Shown here piece by piece: positions 1-7,121 of a stretch of DNA of 24,930 bases; within the stretch, counting starts at the first letter, position 1, and the number at the start of each line of letters is the position of its first letter. This stretch comes from a virus (taxonomy: Duplodnaviria; Caudoviricetes), in the IMG/VR virus record IMGVR_UViG_3300017747_004829, positions 1-24,930 of that record, one strand, 5' to 3'. A program made the position numbers and the translations under genes. Below the pieces are notes generated by a model. The model had not been told where the DNA came from. It worked only from the letters and a program-made list of their open reading frames with translations, and ran no database searches.

Positions 1-231
1 AGAGATATGATTGATGCAGATATGCTTCCTAAAGCAGCTTATTTTAAACTTGAAAAAGAAATAGATGCTAATTTGCAAGGAATGTATTTACGTGCTAAAA
101 AAGAAAAACGTTCGTTTGGAGATGTTATAAATTCTTATTTAGATGCTCAAGATATTACATCTGAAGAAAAAGAAGAAATACTAGATATTTGGAGAGGCAG
201 ATTAAAGGCATTAAATTTACCTAAATTTTAA
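1..231 (+). CDS. 3' part of a hypothetical protein truncated by the window edge
   Basis: Frame is open from base 1 (aga gat atg...) and ends TAA at 229-231, one base before the next ATG. The ATG at 7 is probably internal. Confidence 0.7.
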   Translation, partial: RDMIDADMLPKAAYFKLEKEIDANLQGMYLRAKKEKRSFGDVINSYLDAQDITSEEKEEILDIWRGRLKALNLPKF

Positions 232-232
232 T

Positions 233-808
233 ATGAAAAAAACACCAAATCTTCTAGATTTATACGAGGCCATTAAACCCTATACTATTTATTGTGATAT
301 GGATGGAGTACTTTGTGACTTTGATGAGGGATATAAAAAACTAACTGACATATCCACACAAAAAGCTAATACTATGGGTAAACCCTACTTTTGGAAATTG
401 TTTAGAGAAAAACTTAAAGAAAAAGATATTAAAGAAAAAGATTTTTGGGCAAATTTGAAATGGCAACCTGGAGGAGAAAAACTCTGGGATTCTATCCAAA
501 AATATAACCCAAATATCCTTTCAGCCCCCGCAGTAGATTTTAGTCTCCCATCAGACCAACAACTTAACCCGGATTACAATGAAGCTATTCAAGGTAAAAA
601 AGAATGGATTGCAAAAAATCTTAGTGGTGTAGGTGAAGAAATATTTGTACCTGCTCCTCAAAAATCAAAGTATGCTAGTCCAAAAAGTATATTAATAGAT
701 GATATGAAAAAAAATACAGATGCTTGGAGATCAAGTGGTGGTAAAGCAATTTTACACACTTCTTCACCTGAAACTTTAGATATCCTTAAAACCAAATACA
801 AGTTATAA
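233..808 (+). CDS. HAD-superfamily 5'(3')-deoxyribonucleotidase-like phosphatase (NT5C-like)
   Basis: HAD motif I IYCDMDGVLCDF, motif II ILSA, conserved K (KSKYA), motif IV ILIDD; the FWANLKWQPGG segment is typical of phage NT5C-like proteins. Confidence 0.85.
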   Translation: MKKTPNLLDLYEAIKPYTIYCDMDGVLCDFDEGYKKLTDISTQKANTMGKPYFWKLFREKLKEKDIKEKDFWANLKWQPGGEKLWDSIQKYNPNILSAPAVDFSLPSDQQLNPDYNEAIQGKKEWIAKNLSGVGEEIFVPAPQKSKYASPKSILIDDMKKNTDAWRSSGGKAILHTSSPETLDILKTKYKL

Positions 809-1380
809 TGTCCGATAATGTTTTAAAAAAAGAATTCCAAAAAAGAGACGTTGAACGTTTACGTAACCTTGTTAAAGGTAAATATGGTAGTCGTACTACT
901 ATGGGAATTGGTTATAATGGTGAAGTTCAAGAAGAACATAAAGAAGGAGATATTTGGGAACAAGGTGGTAGAACTTGGACTATCAAAGATGGTATTAAAG
1001 AAAACGTTACTAAATTAGATAAATTCAAAAAAGTAGCAGTTCCATTATTTTGTCCAAATTGTAAACAGGTAATGGATAAACAATTAGATCCATTCTATTA
1101 TAAATCATTTGGTGAATGTTTAGACTGTAGAACAGTTACTGAAACCAGAATGAAACTATCAGGTGAATGGCAATCACATATTAATGAAACATTCAATGCC
1201 GAGATAGATCAGCAGATACAAGAATATAAAAGTTATTTTGAAAGTATTCTTTCAGAAGGTAAAGAAGGATACGTTTCTGAAAGTGGTGAAGTACAAAAAT
1301 GGGTTGGTGGAATAGATAAAGAGCGTGCTAGTAATGCTCTAGAGGAAATTGTAAAACATTTAAATTCACTTAAAAAATGA
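808..1380 (+). CDS. Hypothetical protein with zinc finger (CPNC...CLDC)
   Basis: Two CxxC pairs and a Trp-rich KEGDIWEQGGRTWTIKDGIK segment; TAATG coupling to the upstream gene. Confidence 0.75.
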   Translation: MSDNVLKKEFQKRDVERLRNLVKGKYGSRTTMGIGYNGEVQEEHKEGDIWEQGGRTWTIKDGIKENVTKLDKFKKVAVPLFCPNCKQVMDKQLDPFYYKSFGECLDCRTVTETRMKLSGEWQSHINETFNAEIDQQIQEYKSYFESILSEGKEGYVSESGEVQKWVGGIDKERASNALEEIVKHLNSLKK

Positions 1381-2000
1381 TAACTGTTGTCACTACCATA
1401 TTGGTAGCACTTATAACCGCTATAATTGGTCCTATTATAGTAAATTGGGCTCGATTAAAAATGGAGAAGAAAGCTGATAAAACTCCAATGCGTGAGGCAC
1501 TTGATGCCTCTTCTATAATTGATAATCAAATAGAAAATATTTTAACTGAATTAGAATGTGATAGAGTATGGATAGCTCAATTTCATAATGGAGGCCATTT
1601 CTACCCTACAGGAAAATCAATCCAGAAGTTCTCTATATTCTATGAGAAATCTACCCCAAATTTACCCCCATTATTACATACATTCCAAAATATACCTGTA
1701 TCTTTATTCCCTAGAGTACTATCTAAAGTATACCAGGATCAAGAAATTGCAGTAGATGATGTATCTACAGCTGAAGATACTTACGGTTTAGAATATATGA
1801 CTACTCAATTTGGAACTAAATCAATGTGTGCTGTAGGTTTATATAGTTTAGATGACCATTTAATAGGTGTATTAAATATATCGTTTAAAGAATCTCATAA
1901 AATCACTAGAGATGAATGGATTCTCATCAGACAGAAAGCAGGAGTTATAGGAACACTACTTTCCGAATATTTATACGCAACAAACACTAAGAAAAAATAA
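1377..2000 (+). CDS. Single-TM membrane protein with GAF-like domain; candidate holin (T4 gpT-like topology)
   Basis: N-terminal hydrophobic helix (VVTTILVALITAIIGPIIV) then a GAF-like pattern (ECDRVWIAQFHNG...KSMCAVGL...LIGVLNISF). The holin role is inference. Confidence 0.6.
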   Translation: MITVVTTILVALITAIIGPIIVNWARLKMEKKADKTPMREALDASSIIDNQIENILTELECDRVWIAQFHNGGHFYPTGKSIQKFSIFYEKSTPNLPPLLHTFQNIPVSLFPRVLSKVYQDQEIAVDDVSTAEDTYGLEYMTTQFGTKSMCAVGLYSLDDHLIGVLNISFKESHKITRDEWILIRQKAGVIGTLLSEYLYATNTKKK

Positions 2001-2001
2001 T

Positions 2002-2011
2002 TAATATTTAT
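2002..2011 (+). promoter_or_regulatory. Putative late promoter motif TAATATTTAT
   Basis: The same 10-mer recurs just upstream of ATGs at 9010, 20702, 21446 and 24836. Confidence 0.65.
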
Positions 2012-2017
2012 AATAAA

Positions 2018-2566
2018 ATGGCAGACAATTTTGACCTTAAAAAATTCTTGAAAGAAAGTAAAGTCTTAGAAAACAGATATTACAAAGATGCTGAAGCAGA
2101 TGCTGAAGCAGATGATGCAGAGCATATTGATGCTTTAGAAAAAGATATGAAAGATGATAAAAATTCATCTACGAAAGAAAAAATTCGTGAATATATCTTA
2201 GCTGAATTAGATCTAGATATCAACAAATCAGCTGATAATTATGGTTTTTTATCTGAAGAAGATGAAGAATTAGAAGAAGCTAAGAAAAAAGATAAAGAAG
2301 AAGATGTTGAAGACGTTGAAGTAACTGATACTGAAATCGAAGATGTATCTGTAGAAGACGAAATGCCTGCTGAAGAAGCACCTGTTGCGGACGGTGGTAT
2401 TGAGGACTTAGCAGCAGATATGAAAGGTACAGAAGCAGATCTTATGGACCATTTAATGAAAGCATTCCAGATTGCAAAAGGAATGCAAAACGAAAAACTT
2501 GAAACACAAGTAGGAAATACACTGAAATTCTTCGTTAGCGAGTATATCGGTGGAGGTGAGCAATAA
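2018..2566 (+). CDS. Acidic putative internal head protein
   Basis: Very Glu/Asp-rich; FDLKKFLKE leader, internal KEKIREYILAEL, and LSEE/LEEA sites resembling gp21 cleavage sites. Confidence 0.7.
   Translation: MADNFDLKKFLKESKVLENRYYKDAEADAEADDAEHIDALEKDMKDDKNSSTKEKIREYILAELDLDINKSADNYGFLSEEDEELEEAKKKDKEEDVEDVEVTDTEIEDVSVEDEMPAEEAPVADGGIEDLAADMKGTEADLMDHLMKAFQIAKGMQNEKLETQVGNTLKFFVSEYIGGGEQ
2087..2110 (+). repeat. 12-bp tandem duplication GATGCTGAAGCA x2 (DAEA DAEA)
   Basis: Exact in-frame tandem repeat followed by a degenerate GATGATGCAGA. Confidence 0.85.
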
Positions 2567-2592
2567 TCAAATCTATAATAAATCAAATCTAT
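2565..2592 (+). repeat. 12-bp direct repeat AATCAAATCTAT x2 upstream of the Hc1-like gene
   Basis: Copies at 2565-2576 and 2581-2592; the second overlaps the ATG at 2591. Confidence 0.8.
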
Positions 2593-2761
2593 GAACACAA
2601 CAGAAATTTTAAACGCAATTAAAGAAGAATTAGCTACATTAGAGGCTGAACATGGTAAAACATCTAAAGCAGCTCGTGGTCGCGCTCGCAGCGCAGCTAA
2701 CTCAATTAAAAAATTAGCAGCTGAATTTAAAAAAACTTCAACTGCTGAAGATAAAGCTTAA
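2591..2761 (+). CDS. Small histone H1-like (Hc1 family-like) protein, 56 aa, missing from the ORF track
   Basis: Manual translation MNTTEILNAIKEELATLEAEHGKTSKAARGRARSAANSIKKLAAEFKKTSTAEDKA*. KAAxxRARxA...EF[KR]KxS matches the Chlamydia Hc1 / Bacteroidota 'histone H1' pattern, and the ORF fills the gap between neighbours. Confidence 0.8.
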   Translation: MNTTEILNAIKEELATLEAEHGKTSKAARGRARSAANSIKKLAAEFKKTSTAEDKA

Positions 2762-2763
2762 CA

Positions 2764-3450
2764 ATGAAACTACACGAGGCATTTTCAGATGAAGAATCAA
2801 AAGAAATTTACGACAAATTTCAATCTATCGTTAATTCTCGAAGAGATTATTTAAAGGCAAAATACGATACAGAGGGAGAGCGAATAGCTTATTCCACTGC
2901 TGTTAATCAAGTAAAACAAAAAGCAGCTAATAAAACTAAAGAAACAATGGAAGACGTTAAATTGAAAGAAATGGTTAAAGCCGCTTTATCTAAACCGTTA
3001 GACGAAAAGAAAAAATCATTCCCTGATTTGACTGGAGATGGTAAAGTAACTAAAGCTGATATTTTAAAAGCACGTGGTGTTGAATTAGAAGAAGACCTTG
3101 ATTTAGGTCATCAAGATAATGAACCACATATGATTAAAGCAGAACTTGCTCAAATTGGTAAGTATGCTATGGAACTTTATAAAATGGTTGATCAATTTGA
3201 AGGTGAACAAGAAGTTGATTTCCCAGGTTGGTGGCAAGCAAAAATTACTACTGCTAGAAATATGATATCTTCAGCAAAACATTATCTTGAATTTGAACTT
3301 GAAGAACCTAAAATTGATGCTATGGTTGGTGTAGCTTCTGAAGAAGGTGCTATTGGTGAAGAAATGACACCTGAAAAATCTAGAAAAAAAGGTATGCCTT
3401 TTAAAGATAAAATTAAAGAAGCTGTTTTAGCTAAACTTAAAAATAAATAA
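2764..3450 (+). CDS. Modular putative internal head protein (EF-hand-like loop plus helical WWQAKIT module)
   Basis: Contains PDLTGDGKVTKADIL and a D.EPHM...FPGWWQAKIT...HYLE module resembling T4-like phage head-associated proteins; LDE/LEE sites fall between modules. Confidence 0.7.
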   Translation: MKLHEAFSDEESKEIYDKFQSIVNSRRDYLKAKYDTEGERIAYSTAVNQVKQKAANKTKETMEDVKLKEMVKAALSKPLDEKKKSFPDLTGDGKVTKADILKARGVELEEDLDLGHQDNEPHMIKAELAQIGKYAMELYKMVDQFEGEQEVDFPGWWQAKITTARNMISSAKHYLEFELEEPKIDAMVGVASEEGAIGEEMTPEKSRKKGMPFKDKIKEAVLAKLKNK

Positions 3451-3920
3451 TGAATCGCGACGAACTAAAAAACAAACTTAGAGTATTGGTTAAACAAGTG
3501 TATTCGAACCAAACGATTACACCTGAAGAAGCTATACAATATGATGAGTTAACTAAATTCCCAGAACTTAAAAAGGTTTTAGTTGATCTGTTAACTGCAG
3601 AATATGATAGTTTTTTAGCTTCAATTGATTGGGTTGCTCCTCGCCCTACTACATTCAGAATCAACTTGAAAAACGACCAAAACTTTTACTTAATTTATGG
3701 TAAACGTAGTTGGATTGCTCAAGTAGAAGGTAAAAAATATTACCTATTAAATTTACCTGAAGAAGAACGTGCCGCACAATCAATTTCCAATATATTAAGA
3801 TATGGAGTTAAAGATGAAAAAGCGGGTGAAGGTGATTTAGCTCCTGGAGATCTAGATACTTCTCTACCAGGTGAAACTCCATCAGAAACTCCAGAAACAC
3901 CAGAAGAAACACCAGCATAA
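3450..3920 (+). CDS. Hypothetical protein with acidic Pro-rich tail
   Basis: TAATG-coupled on both sides; leader LKNKLRVLVKQV; C-terminal ETP repeats. Confidence 0.75.
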   Translation: MNRDELKNKLRVLVKQVYSNQTITPEEAIQYDELTKFPELKKVLVDLLTAEYDSFLASIDWVAPRPTTFRINLKNDQNFYLIYGKRSWIAQVEGKKYYLLNLPEEERAAQSISNILRYGVKDEKAGEGDLAPGDLDTSLPGETPSETPETPEETPA

Positions 3921-5077
3921 TGGATATTTTAGAACAATTTATACGTAGCGTATCTTACAAATTCCCAAAAGGATATCCTGACATGAAAAATGAGCAGGAT
4001 ATTTTGATTTTAGAAAATGAGTTAAAGAAATTAGGTATTGATATGAGCGAAGCCAATTTAGCTGGTGGAACTACAAATTATGCTAAACCAACAGGAGCAT
4101 TTTACAAATATGTAGAATTAAATCCTAAAGCATCTGAATCTGAATTTGAAGCAGATAATGATGCTTCTTTATTTGATATTGATTCAAAACAACCTTCTGC
4201 ACAAATTCAAAAAGGTGAAAATTTTAAAATCTTAGATAGAAGTGAAAATGACCTAATCAAAATATCAGGCTCGTATGTTACTAAAATAGAATATCAAGGT
4301 AAAGAATATTATATTAAACTTAAAGACATACTTAAACCAACAGGAAAACAAGTTGGATTTGTACAAGTTGATTTAAGTGATAAAAACCGAGAAGACGTTT
4401 TCATTCCGTTCAAAGCAGGACATGGTCAAGAAGAAGAAATTACACAATTATTTGTAAATGATTCTGGACCGGATTATGATTTTGAATATGACGGAAAAAC
4501 ATATAAAATACTAAAAGTAGGTGCTCCACCTTACAAAGGTCCTGGTAATCCAAAAACGGATGTATATGTTCAATTAGATAAACCTATTGCATCATTTGGA
4601 AAGGATTTAAAAATAAGCTTAAAAGCCGCTAATGCTACATTTGTTGAAAACTGGATGAAACCTGATAGATTTGAACAAATATTAGGTGATAGTGATGCTA
4701 AGTCTATTATAACGGATGTAGTTACTAAACTGAATAAAGGACAAATAGGTGTAAAAAGCCCATATATGCATTGGTTCGTGAAAACAAAACCATACAATTC
4801 AGTCAAATTAGACTATCCACAAGAACAAGAAGCTCTTTCTGGAGCAAAAAAATTCGGAGAAGATTCCCCAGCAACAGCAAATTGTTACTTTAAAGGAGAT
4901 GTACCTGAAACTATAGCAGATCTAATAAAACTTTTAAAACCAATATCTGATTTGAAAGAAGATATGGGATTACATATTCGAGGATATGGTGCTGGAGGTA
5001 ATTCGGCTTGTTTTATTAAAGAAGAAGAAGAATGGGTTATTAACCCAATTTGGAAAAAGAAATTTAATATAAACTAA
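3920..5077 (+). CDS. Putative PD-(D/E)xK restriction-endonuclease-like nuclease with N-terminal leader and SH3-like region
   Basis: GHGQE helix, then GNPKTDVYV...KISLK catalytic-type motif (reminiscent of MspI/HinP1I-like enzymes); IQKGENFKIL...TKIEYQGKEYYI resembles an SH3b fold. Confidence 0.6.
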   Translation: MDILEQFIRSVSYKFPKGYPDMKNEQDILILENELKKLGIDMSEANLAGGTTNYAKPTGAFYKYVELNPKASESEFEADNDASLFDIDSKQPSAQIQKGENFKILDRSENDLIKISGSYVTKIEYQGKEYYIKLKDILKPTGKQVGFVQVDLSDKNREDVFIPFKAGHGQEEEITQLFVNDSGPDYDFEYDGKTYKILKVGAPPYKGPGNPKTDVYVQLDKPIASFGKDLKISLKAANATFVENWMKPDRFEQILGDSDAKSIITDVVTKLNKGQIGVKSPYMHWFVKTKPYNSVKLDYPQEQEALSGAKKFGEDSPATANCYFKGDVPETIADLIKLLKPISDLKEDMGLHIRGYGAGGNSACFIKEEEEWVINPIWKKKFNIN

Positions 5078-5078
5078 T

Positions 5079-5759
5079 ATGGAACGTCTAAGATCCCTTA
5101 TTAAAGAGATATTATCTACCCCACCAAAAAAAGACAGTTGCAATTGTGGTTGCCACAGTTGTGATAATGTAGGTAATGAAGGTGTTGTACTAAATGAAAG
5201 TTTAGTTAAAAAAGATATATTATCGGAAAATCTGCGATACCACGTGGATAAACAACTCCCACTTACCGAAAACACGTTCCGATATGGTTCGCAAGCTTTC
5301 CTTAATCTATGGGCAGAAGCTCGTTCATTATATTTACGTGAAATTATTCATGTTAATGACGATGATAAAGAAATTTTAGAGGAAACTGATTTAGGTAACT
5401 TTGGTTTATATGAAGGTGTTAAAGTACCTTTAGATCTACTTTTACTTGAAAACGAGGAACTTGAAGAAGCAGAAGATAAGAAGAAAAATCCACCACTTGG
5501 AAAACCAAAACGTGGAGGATCTAAAAAATTCTATGTTTACGTAAAAAACCCTAAAACTAAAAAAATTAAAAAAGTTAATTTTGGAGACACATCTGGATTA
5601 TCAGCTAAAATAAATAACCCAGAGGCACGTAGAGCATTTGCTGCACGTCACGATTGCAAAAACAAAAAAGATAAAACCAAAGCATCTTATTGGTCATGTC
5701 GTTTACCACGATATGCTAAATTACTTGGTTTAAAATCATCATTTTCAGGATTCTGGTAA
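5079..5759 (+). CDS. Modular protein: leader, Cys cluster, acidic middle, basic C-terminal domain (DUF5754-like)
   Basis: LRSLIKEIL leader; CNCGCHSC; C-terminal KKFYVYV...KVNFGD...RRAFAARHDC...YWSC module recognised from large phages and NCLDVs. The family name is from memory. Confidence 0.7.
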   Translation: MERLRSLIKEILSTPPKKDSCNCGCHSCDNVGNEGVVLNESLVKKDILSENLRYHVDKQLPLTENTFRYGSQAFLNLWAEARSLYLREIIHVNDDDKEILEETDLGNFGLYEGVKVPLDLLLLENEELEEAEDKKKNPPLGKPKRGGSKKFYVYVKNPKTKKIKKVNFGDTSGLSAKINNPEARRAFAARHDCKNKKDKTKASYWSCRLPRYAKLLGLKSSFSGFW

Positions 5760-6229
5760 TGAATAGATTGGATAAAATAATACAAGAAGTCCTACAAGAG
5801 GAAAAATCGAAACGCGATAGATGCTTACGCATTGCTGATCGCAAATTTGATAAACCTTCCGCTTATAAATCAGGTGCTGTAGTTAGATGTCGTAAAGGAG
5901 ATATTTGGAAAGGTATCAAAGAAACAGATGACCCACAATCAGGTAAAGCTGCTCCTTATGGATCTGGATTTGCTAAAGTTACAGAAGAACAAATTCAAGA
6001 AAAAGTTAAAGAAACTCTTCGCACTTGGTTTTCACGTAAAGGTGAACCTGGTAAAAAAGGTGGTTGGGTTGATTGTAATGCACCAATAAGAAAAGATGGT
6101 AAAGTAACAGGATATAAATCATGTGGTAGAGAAGAAGGTGAAAAACGTTCAAAATACCCTTCATGTCGTCCTACAGCAGCACAATGTAAAACACCTGGTA
6201 AAGGTACTAAATGGGGTAAGACAAAATGA
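5759..6229 (+). CDS. Basic Cys-containing modular protein (DUF5872-like PSAYKSG module plus WF...WVD...CGR...YPSCRP module)
   Basis: LDKIIQEVL leader; both modules resemble conserved hypothetical modules of T4-like cyanophages and large DNA viruses. Confidence 0.7.
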   Translation: MNRLDKIIQEVLQEEKSKRDRCLRIADRKFDKPSAYKSGAVVRCRKGDIWKGIKETDDPQSGKAAPYGSGFAKVTEEQIQEKVKETLRTWFSRKGEPGKKGGWVDCNAPIRKDGKVTGYKSCGREEGEKRSKYPSCRPTAAQCKTPGKGTKWGKTK

Positions 6230-6471
6230 AATTAATAGACATCCTTAAAGAAGCAAACCAATCAGAGAAATCTCCCGCTTACATGTATTCACCTGTAGGG
6301 TTCGGTTGTCATGTTTGTAAATTCTACTATGTAGAAAACGAAAAACATATGTGTGGTAATTCATATTATCAAGAATATATGGGTACTGCTGAATTAGTAG
6401 ATAATGAAGGAAATCAAATTAAAGATCCTTCAAAATGGTGTTCAAATTGGTTCCTACCTAAAGGAGAATGA
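6226..6471 (+). CDS. Small four-Cys protein, HiPIP-like ([4Fe-4S] candidate)
   Basis: CHVCKFY...C...KWCSNW matches the HiPIP CxxCxF...C...WCxxW pattern; MKLIDILKE leader. Confidence 0.55.
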   Translation: MKLIDILKEANQSEKSPAYMYSPVGFGCHVCKFYYVENEKHMCGNSYYQEYMGTAELVDNEGNQIKDPSKWCSNWFLPKGE

Positions 6472-6728
6472 AACCATACACTGACATAAAAGTTACTGAC
6501 AAATATATTATTCGTGAATTCAACGAAAATATAGACCCAATAGAACTTATGTGGCATCGTGATGATGAAGACCGAACAGTTGAAATTCTAAATGAAACAG
6601 ATTGGCAACTTCAATTAGATAATAGCTTGCCTACCTCATTAAAAGAACGTATATTTATTCCAAGACACGAATGGCATCGTGTAATAAAAGGAACAGGAAC
6701 TCTAAAGTTGAAAATACATAAATCATGA
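6468..6728 (+). CDS. Small cupin-fold protein
   Basis: Cupin motif 1 WHRDDEDR and motif 2 IFIPRHEWHRVIKG. Confidence 0.75.
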   Translation: MKPYTDIKVTDKYIIREFNENIDPIELMWHRDDEDRTVEILNETDWQLQLDNSLPTSLKERIFIPRHEWHRVIKGTGTLKLKIHKS

Positions 6729-7012
6729 AATTAAATATTTTAAGACAATTAATTAAAGAAGAACTTAATAGTGTTTTAGAAGACCTTAAAAACACACCTT
6801 TAAAAGGTATGAATGATGGTACTTATAAAATAGAATATCAAACCCAAGCTAAAGGTGGTGGTGGTGAAGATACTGATTCAACAAAAGTATCTATTACAAA
6901 AGAAGAATTTAAGAAAAATCAAAATCAACCCCCATATAGTTTTTGGTTAGATATTACTCGCACTAATGTTGATGATAAAATTTACAAAGTAACAAAAGTA
7001 ACAAGAGCATAA
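6725..7012 (+). CDS. Hypothetical protein with LRQLIKEEL leader
   Basis: ATGA-coupled; last gene before the terminator. Confidence 0.75.
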   Translation: MKLNILRQLIKEELNSVLEDLKNTPLKGMNDGTYKIEYQTQAKGGGGEDTDSTKVSITKEEFKKNQNQPPYSFWLDITRTNVDDKIYKVTKVTRA

Positions 7013-7018
7013 CATATA

Positions 7019-7056
7019 GACAGATTCATAGCCTGTCGACTTAAAAAAATTATTAG
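7019..7056 (+). ncRNA. Candidate small H-type pseudoknot / riboswitch-like RNA
   Basis: Stem GACAG/CTGTC, loop ATTCATAGC, A-rich tail TTAAAAAAATTAT whose TTAT can pair with loop ATAG; layout resembles preQ1-I aptamers. Confidence 0.35.
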
Positions 7057-7062
7057 AGATCT

Positions 7063-7093
7063 GTGGCCTCCTTTGGGATGGCCACTTTTTTTT
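7063..7093 (+). terminator. Rho-independent terminator
   Basis: GTGGCCTCC-TTTG-GGA(T)GGCCAC stem with a 1-nt bulge, followed by T8. Confidence 0.85.
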
Positions 7094-7103
7094 CGTATAT
7101 TAA
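7072..7103 (+). promoter_or_regulatory. Putative Bacteroidota-type (-33/-7) promoter overlapping the terminator
   Basis: TTTG (7072-7075), 20 nt, TATATTAA (7096-7103) versus consensus TTTG-N19-21-TAnnTTTG; the -7 box is only a partial match. Confidence 0.45.
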
Positions 7104-7121
7104 ATATATCAAAAATTGAAA

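Noticed and set aside
1966-1975. Intragenic copies or near-copies of the promoter motif (1966, 6651, 16999)
   Set aside because: Within coding sequence of an AT-rich genome, so they cannot be told from chance without TSS data.
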